A stretch of DNA of 64,000 bases from Anaeromyxobacter sp. (GTDB lineage: Bacteria; Myxococcota; Myxococcia; Myxococcales; Anaeromyxobacteraceae), in the NCBI GenBank assembly GCA_049840735.1, contig JASGJN010000026.1, positions 416,001-480,000 on the forward strand. The letters run 5' to 3'. The notes under the pieces are model-generated. The model saw only the letters and a list, made by a program, of their open reading frames with translations, did no database searches and had not been told where the DNA came from. This document shows positions 31,704 through 41,252 of this stretch, piece by piece. Positions within the stretch are counted from its first letter, which is position 1; each line of letters begins with the position of its first letter. A program made the position numbers and the translations under genes.

Positions 31704-32853
31704 GTGCGCGTCTGCATCATCACGCCGTACGACCTGGCCATCGACGGCGGCGTGAACCGCCACGCCTTCTCGCTGGCCGCCGCGCTGGGCCGGCTGGGGC
31801 ACGAGGCGGAGGTGCTGGGGCCCACCAGCGGCCCGGCGCCGGCCGGCGCCCACGGCCTGCCCGGCGTGGTGCCGGTGCCGGCCAACGGCTCGGTGGCGCG
31901 CATCGGCCTGCTCACGCCGCCCAGGCTCACCCGCGAGTTCCTGGCCGACGGCGGCTTCGACCTGGTCCACGTGCACGAGCCCATCGTGCCCGGGCCGGGG
32001 CGCCACGCCCTGCGCCACGCCAGCGTGCCGGTGGTGGCCACCTTCCACGCCAACGCCGAGCGCGAGGTCCCGCTGCAGCGGCTGCTGCGCCGCTTCGCGG
32101 CCGGCGGCCTCGCGCGCATCGCCTTCGGCGTGGCGGTTCTCGCTCCAGGCCAAGCGCTTCTCCCGCACGATCTTCCGCGGCCGGACCGCGGTCATCCCCA
32201 ACGGCGTGGACCTGTCCCGCTTCCACGCCGCGGTGGAGCGCGCCGGGGACGAGCCGCATCCGCACGGCCCGCCGGAGGTCCTCTTCGTGGGCCGCTACGG
32301 CGAGCCGCGCAAGGGGCTGGCGGTGCTGCTGGACGCGGTGGCCCACCTGCACGCGCAGGGGCGGCCGGTGAGGACGCTGGTGGTGGGCGAAGGCCCCACC
32401 GAGCGGTTCGCGGCGCGCGCCGAGCGGCTGGGGGTCCGGTTCCTGGGCCGGCTCGACGACGACGCGCTGGCCGCCCGCTACCGCGCCGCCGACGTGTTCT
32501 GCGCCCCGTCCACCGGCGGCGAGAGCTTCGGGATGGTGCTGGTGGAGGCCATGGCCGCCGGCTGTCCGGTGGTGGCCAGCGACCTCCCCGGCTACGCCGA
32601 GGCGGCGCGCGGCGCGGCGCTGCTGGCGCGCACCGGCGAGCCGGTCGCGCTGGCGGAGGCGCTCTGGCGCGCGTGCCAGGATCGCGCCCTGCGCGAGCGG
32701 CTGGTGGTGCGCGGGCGGGCCCGCGCCGACGCGCTCTGCTGGACGCGCGTGGCCGCGCGCGTGCTCCACATCTACCAGCACGTCGTCGCGGCGCCGCTGC
32801 CGGTCCAGCCGGAGCCCGCCGCGGCGCCCTCGCCCACCCGGCGGACCGCATGA
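31704..32853 (+). CDS. GT4 glycosyltransferase, PimA-like (phosphatidylinositol alpha-mannosyltransferase-like); frameshift ~32138
   Basis: 'PYDLAIDGGVNRH', 'VPANGSVAR', 'HVHEP', 'VATFH', 'IPNGVD', 'GRYGEPRKG', 'CAPSTGGESFGMVLVEAMAAG'. Confidence 0.85.
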
Positions 32854-33560
32854 GCGATCCCAGCTTCCCCCGCACCTGGCGGCAGAAGGCCGTGCTGATC
32901 CCCATGGCCCGGACCCTCAAGCTCTGGTACCGGCCCCGCGTCCACGGGCTGGAGTCGGTCCCGGCCGACCAGCCGGTGATCTACGTCGCCAAGCACCCGC
33001 GCACGTTCCTCTACCTCGAGGTCATCGTCCTCGGCCTGCTCACCTTCTGGGACGGCGACCGGCGCCCCTTCCGCCCCATGGAGAAGCGCGGCACCTCGCT
33101 CCACAAGGTGCCCGGGCTGGCCTGGATCCGCCGGCACGTCGGCACCATCGAGGCCACCGAGGAGGCGGCGCTGGCCGCGCTCCGCGGCGGCGAGTCGGTG
33201 CTGGTCTTCCCGGGCGGCGCGCGGGAGCTGTACGGCCCGGCCGACCAGGTGGACTGGGGCGGGCGGCGCGGCTACGCGCGCATCGCGGCGCAGGCGCAGG
33301 CGCCGGTGGTGCCGCTGGCCATCGGCGGCGCCGACCAGCAGCACCCGCTGCGGCTGCCGCTGGGCCGGCGCGGCTCGCTCTGGCTCCCGCCGGTGCCGCT
33401 GCCGGTGCCGCTCGACTTCTGGTTCGGCCAGCCCATGCGCCCGCCCGCCGCCGGGGACGAGCTGGCGGTGAGGGCCTTCGCCGACGACGTGGCCGGCTGC
33501 ACGCAGGACCTGCTCGACCGCGCCGTGCTGGGCCGCCGCAAGCCCTGGAGCCTGACGTGA
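32850..33560 (+). CDS. Lysophospholipid/DGAT2-like acyltransferase 1
   Basis: 'VHGLESVP..PVIYVAKH', 'VLVFPGGARE', 'APVVPLAIGGAD'; ATGA overlap with the GT4 gene. Confidence 0.8.
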   Translation: MSDPSFPRTWRQKAVLIPMARTLKLWYRPRVHGLESVPADQPVIYVAKHPRTFLYLEVIVLGLLTFWDGDRRPFRPMEKRGTSLHKVPGLAWIRRHVGTIEATEEAALAALRGGESVLVFPGGARELYGPADQVDWGGRRGYARIAAQAQAPVVPLAIGGADQQHPLRLPLGRRGSLWLPPVPLPVPLDFWFGQPMRPPAAGDELAVRAFADDVAGCTQDLLDRAVLGRRKPWSLT

Positions 33561-34306
33561 CCGCCTCCCCGCCCGTCCGCCCCGAGATCCCGCGCATCGA
33601 CGACCGGGATCCCATCTACCGCCGCGGCATCCTCCCCTTCGCCTGGACCCTCTCGCGCTACCACCGCATGTCGATGCAGGGCGGGCCGCCGCCGGACGGC
33701 CCCTGCATCTACGTGATGCTGCACGGCGCAGGGTACCTGGTGCTGGACCTGGTGCTGGTCGGCTACTTCCTGCAGTGGAAGGGCTGGTTCGAGCGGGGCG
33801 AGCCGCACCGGCCCCTGCGCATCGTGGCGGCGCAGTCGAAGATCGAGCGGTTCCTGCCCGGCCTGCCGCGCCTCAAGGACGCGGTGGGGATCATCGGCAC
33901 CGACGAGGAGGCCTGCGCCGCCGTGCTGGAGCGCGGCGAGCAGCTGCTCATCACGCCGGGCGGCATGCGCGAGGCGCAGCCGGCGCGCGACTTCTACCGC
34001 CTGCGCTGGGAGGGGCGGTACGGGTTCGTGCGCCTGGCGCTCCGCACCGGCGTGCCCATCGTGCCGGTGGCGGTGGTGGGCGGCGCCGAGGCGTACCCCG
34101 GTTTCCGGCTGAAGAAGCTCTCCTTCTGGTCCCCGGTGCCGCTGCCCGCGCGGCTCGACATGGCCATGGGCGAGCCCATCGCCGTGCCGCACCAGCCGGA
34201 CCGCGCCCGCGAGCTCGCGGTGGTGAAGCCCATCCACGCGCTGGCCTGGCAGCGGACGCAGGCGCTCTACGACCGGCTCACGGCGGAGCGGGGCCGGCGC
34301 CGGTGA
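33557..34306 (+). CDS. Lysophospholipid/DGAT2-like acyltransferase 2
   Basis: 'IYVMLHG', 'LLITPGGMREA', 'RWEGRYGFVRLALRTGVPIVPV', 'MGEPI'. Confidence 0.82.
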   Translation: MTASPPVRPEIPRIDDRDPIYRRGILPFAWTLSRYHRMSMQGGPPPDGPCIYVMLHGAGYLVLDLVLVGYFLQWKGWFERGEPHRPLRIVAAQSKIERFLPGLPRLKDAVGIIGTDEEACAAVLERGEQLLITPGGMREAQPARDFYRLRWEGRYGFVRLALRTGVPIVPVAVVGGAEAYPGFRLKKLSFWSPVPLPARLDMAMGEPIAVPHQPDRARELAVVKPIHALAWQRTQALYDRLTAERGRRR

Positions 34307-34989
34307 CCGCGCCGCGGGTGCGCATCGCCAGCGACTGGCACCTCGCGCCGGGCAGCCCGCCGCTCCACGCCCGGCTGGCCCGCGCCTTCCTGGAGCAGGC
34401 GCGCGCCGACGGCGCGGCGGTGATCCTCAACGGCGACGTCTTCGACGACCTGTTCGCCGGCGCGGGCCGGGGCGAGGCGGCCCACCCCGAGGTGGTCGCG
34501 GCGCTGGACGCGCTGCGGGCCGACGGGCGGCTCACCCGCACCTGCGGCAACCACGATCCCGGCGCCGGCGAGCCGCGCGCGGTGCTGGACTGGCCGGGGC
34601 TGGGGCGGGTGCTGGTGGAGCACGGCCACCGCGCCGATCCGGTCAACAGCTCGCCGCTGGGCCGGCTGGGCGACGGCATCTCGCGCCGCTTCGGCCGGCT
34701 GGGCGTGGTGCGCGGCGCGGCCTGGCTGGCGGAGCAGGCGGCGCGGGCGGTGGCCGGGGAGCGGCTGGTGCGGGTGTTCAGGGCCCGCTGCCTCGCCCGG
34801 GTGGAGCGCGAGGGCTTCGCGCTGGGCGTCTTCGGGCACGTGCACGCGGCGCACCTGGCGCCGGGCGACCGCTACGCCAACGCCGGGTCGCTGCGCGGGG
34901 AGGCGCTGGAGTACCTGGAGCTGGGTCCGGGCGGGCCGCGCCTGGGGCTGCTCCGGGCGGCCGACCTGGGGCCAGACGGCACCGCCTGA
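34303..34989 (+). CDS. Calcineurin-like metallophosphoesterase (LpxH-like)
   Basis: Motifs 'SDWH', 'NGDVFD', 'GNHD', 'EHGH', 'FGHVH', 'YANAGS'; GTGA overlap. Confidence 0.85.
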   Translation: MTAPRVRIASDWHLAPGSPPLHARLARAFLEQARADGAAVILNGDVFDDLFAGAGRGEAAHPEVVAALDALRADGRLTRTCGNHDPGAGEPRAVLDWPGLGRVLVEHGHRADPVNSSPLGRLGDGISRRFGRLGVVRGAAWLAEQAARAVAGERLVRVFRARCLARVEREGFALGVFGHVHAAHLAPGDRYANAGSLRGEALEYLELGPGGPRLGLLRAADLGPDGTA

Positions 34990-35061
34990 GCGGGCGGTCA
35001 GGGCATACAATGCGCCGCGCCGGGAAGCCTGGCCGGCTCGACGACAAGGACACCCCGGACG

Positions 35062-37533
35062 ATGTCGCTCTCCGAACGCTGGGTCCGCTTCGCGGACCGC
35101 CGCCGCCGCCCGCTCCTCCTGGCCTGCACCGCGGTCGCGCTGCTGGGGCTCCTGGGCACGATCCACCTCTACGCGGACCTGCGCCCGGACCTCTCCGAGC
35201 TGCTCCCGGCCAACAGCCGCAGCGCGCTGGACCTGGCGGCGGTCACCGCCCGCGTGGGCGGCTACGCCGAGCAGACGGTGATCCTCTCCGGCCCGGATCC
35301 GATGGCGCTGCAGCTCCTGGCGGACGACCTGGCCGACCAGCTGGCCCAGGCCCCGCGCAGCCTGGTGAAGGGCGTCGAGTACCGGGTGGACGAGGTGCGC
35401 GACTTCTACCTGCCGCGCCTGCTCCTCTTCCTCTCGCAGCCGGACCTGGAGGCGCTGCGCGACCGGCTGGCGGCGCGCATCGCCTGGGAGCGCGACCAGG
35501 CGGCGGGGCGCGCCGCGGGGCCGGCCCCGGACGTCGAGGGGCTGCTGAAGCAGCTGGCCGGCGACCGGCAGGACCTGGTGGGCCGGTTCCCGGACGGCTA
35601 CGTGATGGGGAAGGTGCCGGGGCGCGAGCCGGGCCAGGAGATCACCGCGCTGGCCATGGTGGTCCGGCTGGCGGCGCCGCCCGACGACTACGGCGCGGTC
35701 ACCGCGCTGGACCGCGAGGTGCGCGCGGCCATCGCGCGGGTGGAGCCGGCGCAGCGGCAGGGGATCGAGATCGGCTTCGGCGGCTACGTCACCTCCAGCA
35801 TCCTGGAGCACGACGCGCTGGCCGAGGACCTGGTGTGGGCCACGCTGCTGGTGCTGGCGGCGGTGGCGGCGGCGGTGGCCGTCTACAACCGGACCTGGAA
35901 GGCCGTCTTCGCGGTGGGCGCCCCGCTGCTGGCCGGCACCTTCGTGACCTTCGGCGTGGCCGACCTGGTGGTGGGTCACCTCAACTCCAACACCGCCTTC
36001 CTGGGCTCGATCGTGGTCGGCAACGGCATCAACGTCGGGCTGATCCTGTTCGCGCGCTACCTGGAGGAGCGGCGCCACGGCCAGGCGCCGCTGCCGGCCA
36101 TGATCACCGCGGTGGAGGCCAGCTGGCTGGCCACGCTCACGGCGGCGCTGGCCGCCGGCGCGGCCTACGGCTCGCTCCTCTCCACCGACTTCCGCGGCTT
36201 CAACCAGTTCGGGCTGATCGGCGGCCTGGGCATGGCGCTGGCCTGGGTCTTCTCGTACGCCATGACGCCGCCGCTGGTGCTGGCCTGGGAGCGGCGCTCG
36301 CCCATCCCGCGCCAGGGCCAGCGCCCCGCCCACCCCATCTTCACCCAGGCCATCTCCTGGGCGGTGGACCGCGCGCCCCGCGCCACCGCGCTGCTGGCCG
36401 CGCTGGTCACGGCCCTCTCGGTGGTGGCGGTGGTCCGCTTCGCCCGCGATCCCATCGAGCACGACTTCCGCAAGCTGCGCGACCAGCACGCGGCCGACCC
36501 GGGCGGCCCGGCCTGGTGGGACGAGCGGGTGGACCGGATCCACGGCGGACACCTGACGCCCACGGTGCTGCTGGCCCGGGACGAGGCGGAGGCGCGGGCC
36601 ACCGCGCGCGCGCTGGAGGCGCACCGCAAGGCCACGCCGGGTACGCTGCTGGGGCAGGTGATCTCGGTGGACGCGCTGGTGCCGGAGGGGCAGGCCGGGA
36701 AGCTGCCGGTGATCGCGCAGATCCGGGCGCTGGCCACGCCGGCGAACCTGGCCTTCCTGGCCCCGGACCGCCGCATGGCGGTGCAGAAGGTGATCCCGCC
36801 GGCGGACCTGCGCCCCTTCGGCGTGGCGGACCTGCCGGAGGCGCTGCGGCGCCCGCTCACCGAGGTGGACGGGCGCGCCGGCACGCCGGTGCTGGTCTAC
36901 GCGGCCCCCTCGCTCGACAACTGGGACGGGCGCCAGGTGACGGCCTTCGCGCGCGAGCTGCGCGCCGTGGCGCTGCCGCGGGCGGACCTCCCCATGGCCA
37001 GCTCCATGCTGGTCTTCGCCGACGTGCTGGAGGCCATCGAGCAGGACGGCCCGCGCGCCACGCTGCTGTCGCTGGCCGGCGTGGTGCTGCTGGTGCTGGT
37101 GGCCTTCGGGCTGGGGAAGCGCTCGGTCCGCTCCCTCTCCGACGCGGGCTGGGTGCTGGCCTCGCTGGGCGTGGGCGTGCTCTGGTTCGGCGGCCTGGCC
37201 GGCGCGCTCCAGCTGAAGCTCAACATGCTCAACTTCATCGCCCTGCCCATCACCTTCGGCATCGGCGTGGACTACGCGACCAACGTCTTCCAGCGCCGCC
37301 GGCTCGACCACGCCGGCTCCATCGCCGACGTGATCCGCACCACCGGCGGCGCGGTGGCGCTCTGCTCGCTCACCACCATCATCGGCTACGCCTCGCTGCT
37401 CATCGCGCGCAACCAGGCGCTGATCTCCTTCGGCCTGCTGGCGGTGCTGGGCGAGGTGGCCTGCCTGGCGGCGGCGCTGCTGGCGCTGCCGGCGGTGCTC
37501 CGCTGGTACGAGCAGCGGCGGCGCGGAGGCTGA
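35062..37533 (+). CDS. MMPL/RND-family lipid transporter (HpnN-like)
   Basis: Two repeats of TM + large periplasmic loop + 5 TM; 'IVVGNGIN..LFARYLEER', 'PITFGIGVDYA', 'SLTTIIGYASL'. Confidence 0.88.
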   Translation: MSLSERWVRFADRRRRPLLLACTAVALLGLLGTIHLYADLRPDLSELLPANSRSALDLAAVTARVGGYAEQTVILSGPDPMALQLLADDLADQLAQAPRSLVKGVEYRVDEVRDFYLPRLLLFLSQPDLEALRDRLAARIAWERDQAAGRAAGPAPDVEGLLKQLAGDRQDLVGRFPDGYVMGKVPGREPGQEITALAMVVRLAAPPDDYGAVTALDREVRAAIARVEPAQRQGIEIGFGGYVTSSILEHDALAEDLVWATLLVLAAVAAAVAVYNRTWKAVFAVGAPLLAGTFVTFGVADLVVGHLNSNTAFLGSIVVGNGINVGLILFARYLEERRHGQAPLPAMITAVEASWLATLTAALAAGAAYGSLLSTDFRGFNQFGLIGGLGMALAWVFSYAMTPPLVLAWERRSPIPRQGQRPAHPIFTQAISWAVDRAPRATALLAALVTALSVVAVVRFARDPIEHDFRKLRDQHAADPGGPAWWDERVDRIHGGHLTPTVLLARDEAEARATARALEAHRKATPGTLLGQVISVDALVPEGQAGKLPVIAQIRALATPANLAFLAPDRRMAVQKVIPPADLRPFGVADLPEALRRPLTEVDGRAGTPVLVYAAPSLDNWDGRQVTAFARELRAVALPRADLPMASSMLVFADVLEAIEQDGPRATLLSLAGVVLLVLVAFGLGKRSVRSLSDAGWVLASLGVGVLWFGGLAGALQLKLNMLNFIALPITFGIGVDYATNVFQRRRLDHAGSIADVIRTTGGAVALCSLTTIIGYASLLIARNQALISFGLLAVLGEVACLAAALLALPAVLRWYEQRRRGG

Positions 37534-37538
37534 CCCGC

Positions 37539-37910
37539 TCAGCCCGGCGGGGCCCCGACCGCCGAGAGCGCCAGCTCCAGCTGCTCGCGCGAGAAGGGCT
37601 TCTCCAGGAACGCCTGCGCGGTCGGGCGATCGGTCCCCCGCTCGGCGCTCATGGCGATGATGGGCACGCCCGCCAGGCGCGGGGTGCGCCGGATGCGTGC
37701 CACCAGGTCGTGGCCGGTCATGCGCGGCGTGTAGAGGTCCACCAGCACGGCGGCGGGCCGCGGGCCCCGGCCGAGCAGGTCCCACGCCTGCGCCCCATCC
37801 GCGGCGGCGGCCACGCGGAAGCCCGCCCGCTCGAGGAGCGCGCGGATCGCGCTGCGCATGCCCGGGTCGTCCTCGACCAGGAGGATGAGCCGGATGAGGT
37901 TCTGGTCCAC
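37539..37910 (-). CDS. Single-domain response regulator (receiver)
   Basis: 'ILLVEDD', 'VLVDLYTPRMTG', 'PIIAMSA', 'FLEKPF'. Confidence 0.88.
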   Translation of the reverse strand: MDQNLIRLILLVEDDPGMRSAIRALLERAGFRVAAAADGAQAWDLLGRGPRPAAVLVDLYTPRMTGHDLVARIRRTPRLAGVPIIAMSAERGTDRPTAQAFLEKPFSREQLELALSAVGAPPG

Positions 37911-38023
37911 GGCGGAAACCTGCACAGCCCCACGTCCCGCCGCGACCGGGCGCCCCGGGCGCGACGGGGCGTGAAACCTGGCCTCGCCGCGCGCAACGTT
38001 GCAGGGCGGAGGAGGAGGCCCGC

Positions 38024-40214
38024 ATGCAGAGCGGGGACCTGGGCAGGGAGGCGGGGACGGGGCTGGCCGGCGTGCTGCGCGGGCGGCGGCAGGCCATCGT
38101 GCAGGCCTGGGCCGAGGCGGCGCGCGCGGCCGGCGCGGGGCGGGGCCTGTCCCAGCCGGCGCTGGAGGACAACGTCCCCGAACCTGCTCGAGGCCATCAC
38201 GCAGCGGCTGGAGGGGCGCGACGACGGCGGCGCCTTCGGCAAGGGCACGGCGGAGGAGCACGCCGAGACGCGGCGCTCGCAGGGCTACGACCTGCGCCAG
38301 GTGGTGGACGAGTACGCGCTGCTCCGCCAGGTGGTGCTGCGCGAGGCGGGCGCGGCGGGGGCCCTGGGGGACGAGGCGGGGCTCCGGACGTTCTCGTGGA
38401 GCATCGACCAGGCGGTGGTCGAGGCGGTCGACGCCTTCATCGCGGGGCGCGACTCGACCCAGGCGGCGCTGGACCGGATCGCCTCCGCGGCCCTAGAGAG
38501 CCGTGACCGGCGCGAGCTGCTGCCCCGCCTGCTCGAGGCGCTCACCACCTCCTGCCCGGGCATCGACACCGCGGCCATCCTGATCCGCTCGGGTGATCGG
38601 CTGATCACCGAGGCGGCGACCGGGCTGGAGACGCCGGCCGGGGTGCCGCCCTACGCGGTCCGATGGGGCGAGGGGTTCGCCGGCTGGATCGCCGCGCACC
38701 GGGCGCCGCTCTCGGCGCGCGAGGCGGCCCAGGACCCGCGGGTGCGCAACCCGGCGGTGCGGCGGGCGGGCGTCCGCGCGCTGGTGGGCGTGCCGCTGAT
38801 CTTCCAGGACGAGGTGCTGGGCGTGGCGCACGTGGGCTCGCTCACCCGCCCGGAGATCGCGCGCGAGGAGCTGCAGCTGTTCCACGCCATGGTCGAGCGC
38901 GCGGCGCAGGGGATCGGCCTCCACCTGCTGCGCGAGCGGGCCGAGGCCTCCGCCGCGGCGCTCGCGCTGCGGGTCCGCCAGCAGGCGGCGGTCTCGGCGC
39001 TGGGGCGCGCGGTCCTGGCCCGCCGGCCGGTGGCGGAGGTGCTGGAGGAGGCGGCGCGCCGGGCGGCCGAGGCGCTGGAGGGGGACCTGGCCTACGTGAC
39101 CCGGCTCGAGCCGGACGGGCAGGCGGTGCGGATCGTGGCCGGGATGGGCTGGGCGCCGGACGTGGTGGGGACGGCGCTGCTCCCGGTGGGCACCGGCTCG
39201 CTGGCCGGCTACACGCTGCGCGCCCGCGCGCCGGTGGTGGTGGGCGACTACCCGCACGACGGGCGCTTCAGCCCCGCGCCGGTGCTGCTGCACCACGGCA
39301 TCGTGGCCGGCGTGACCGCGGTGGTGGAGCGGCGCGGCGCGGCCGAGCCGCTGGGCACGGTGGGGGTGTTCGCGCGCAGGCCGCGGGCCTGGGTGGAGGC
39401 GGACCAGCACTTCGTCCAGGCCATCGCGAACGCGGTGGCGGACGCGCTGGAGCACGACCGGCTGGACCAGGAGGCGCGCCGCGAGCTGCAGCTGCGCGAG
39501 GACGTGCTGGGGGTGGTCTCCCACGACCTGCGCGGCCCGCTGGGCGTGATCCGCATCGGCCTGGCGGTGGTGGCGCGCTCGCTCTCCGGGCAGGCGGCGG
39601 CCGACGCCCGGCGCTCCTTCGCGGCGGTGGAGCGGGCCGTGGGCCGGATGGAGCGGCTGATCCGCGACCTGCTGGACATGGCCCGGATCCGCGCCGGCCG
39701 GGTGGTGGTGGCGCGCCGCCCCGAGGACCTGGCCGCGCTGGTGGAGGAGGCGGTGGCCGGCCTGGTGGCCGCGGCGCAGGAGAAGGGCGTGGCGCTGCAC
39801 GGGGCGGCCCCGGGCGGCGTGACGCTGGCCTGCGACCGCGACCGCATGCTGCAGGTGCTCGACAACCTGCTGGCCAACGCCGTCCGCTTCACCCCGGCGG
39901 GCGGGCGCGTGGCGCTGGACGCCGGCGCGGGGCCGGAGGGCGTGTGGCTGACCGTCACCGACACCGGGCCGGGCATCCCCGCCGCCGACCTGCCGCTGAT
40001 CTTCGAGCCGTACTGGTCGCGCCCGGGGCGGACGGCGGGGCAGGGGACCGGGCTCGGGCTCTACATCACCCGGGCGCTGGTGGAGGCGCACGGCGGCACC
40101 ATCCGGGCCGAGGCGGCGCCTGGCGGCGGCGCGCGCTTCACGCTGCAGCTGCCTACTGCGGGTCCGCCGAGGGAGGCGCCGCCGCCCGCGCCCGACGCCG
40201 CGCCCGCCAGGTGA
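38024..40214 (+). CDS. Cytoplasmic sensor histidine kinase: RsbRD-N-like, 2x GAF, HisKA, HATPase; frameshift ~38181
   Basis: 'HAETRRSQGYDLRQVVDEY', GAF motifs 'GEGFAG' and 'GSLAGYTL', H-box 'VSHDLRGPL', 'LDNLLANA', 'DTGPGI', 'GTGLGL'. Confidence 0.9.
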
Positions 40215-40785
40215 GCCCGGCGGCCGCGGCCAGGGCCGCCGCGACGGCCAGCGCCGGCCAGGCGGCCTGCAGGGCCTCGGCCCCGCCCAGCCGCTCGTAG
40301 CCCGCGCCCAGCGCCCAGCCCAGCCAGAAGTAGAGCGTGGCCCAGATCAGCCCGGCCGCCGTGGTGCCGACCAGGAACGTGGAGCGCGGCAGCCGGAGCG
40401 CGCCGGCCACCACGGTCATGACGATCCGCAGCCCCGGGATGAGCCGGCCCACCACCACCGCCAGCCAGCCCCGCCGCGCCAGCCAGCCCTCCAGCCGCGC
40501 CTCGCGCGCCTCGGTATAGCCGAAGCGGCGGGCGACCTTGAGGATGAGCGGCCGGCCGGCGTGGCGCGAGAACAGGTAGAGCGCTGCGGCGCCGAGCACC
40601 GTGGCGGAGGTGACGACGGCCGCGGTGGGGAGGAAGGCGGCGCGCCCCTGCTGCGCCATGAACCCCATGGCGGCGATGAACAGGTCGCCTGGGAGCGGCA
40701 GGGGGACGCCCGCCTCCTCGATCAGGATGACGGCGAACAGCCCCGCGTAGTGCCAGCGGGCGAGGAAGTCGGCGGGGCTCTGCAC
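40153..40785 (-). CDS. DedA/SNARE-associated family membrane protein
   Basis: 'LIEEAGVPLPLPGD', 'VVGRLIPGLR', 'VVAGAL'. 3' end overlaps the kinase by ~60 bp. Confidence 0.88.
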   Translation of the reverse strand: MQSPADFLARWHYAGLFAVILIEEAGVPLPLPGDLFIAAMGFMAQQGRAAFLPTAAVVTSATVLGAAALYLFSRHAGRPLILKVARRFGYTEAREARLEGWLARRGWLAVVVGRLIPGLRIVMTVVAGALRLPRSTFLVGTTAAGLIWATLYFWLGWALGAGYERLGGAEALQAAWPALAVAAALAAAAGLTWRARRRARAAAPPSADPQ

Positions 40786-40940
40786 CTGCCATCCATGCCA
40801 CAGGGCGCCGGGTGCGCGGAAGGGCGGGGGGTGGGCTGCCTGGCCCCGGCCCGACCGCGACCTCGCGAGCGGCTGCCCCGCCGCCCGGCCCCCCAATCCC
40901 CGGCCTTGGCGCCCGGCCCGTCCCTGCCCACCCCTTTCGC

Positions 40941-41252
40941 ATGGCCGCTGCGTCGCAGGGATGGCACGAGTCGGAGGCGCTGCTCGACGGGCGCACGCGG
41001 GATCTGCACCGCGCCATCGTCTCGCTGCAGGAGGAGCTGGAGGCGGTGGACTGGTACCAGCAGCGGATCGACGCCACCCAGGACCCGGAGCTGAGGGCCA
41101 TCCTGGCCCACAACCGCGACGAGGAGAAGGAGCACGCCATGATGCTGCTGGAGTGGATCCGGCGGCACGACGTGGGCTTCGCGCGGCAGGTCAAGCTCCA
41201 GCTCGGCCACGCCGGCCCCATCGCCGCCGAGAAGGACGAGGAGGAGGGATGA
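40941..41252 (+). CDS. Encapsulin-associated ferritin-like protein (EncFtn/Flp)
   Basis: 'RDLHRAIVSLQEELEAVDWYQQR', 'AHNRDEEKEHAMMLLEWIRRHD' (ferroxidase E..E / ExxH). Confidence 0.92.
   Translation: MAAASQGWHESEALLDGRTRDLHRAIVSLQEELEAVDWYQQRIDATQDPELRAILAHNRDEEKEHAMMLLEWIRRHDVGFARQVKLQLGHAGPIAAEKDEEEG

Noticed and set aside
27198..32201. Very long antisense ORFs (also 34267..38172, 54543..59753, 7923..10700, 22169..25162)
   Set aside because: Typical stop-poor shadow frames of high-GC coding DNA, with no recognisable motifs, opposite well-supported genes.
31704..33560. Glycosyltransferase-acyltransferase fusion (618 aa)
   Set aside because: One extra base at ~32138 diverts the GT4 frame. 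The real GT4 C-terminus is in ORF 32206..32853 and the acyltransferase starts at the ATGA overlap at 32850.
35010..40214. 1734-aa giant kinase ORF
   Set aside because: Only the part after ~38181 is real. The rest is a shadow frame over the MMPL and receiver genes.
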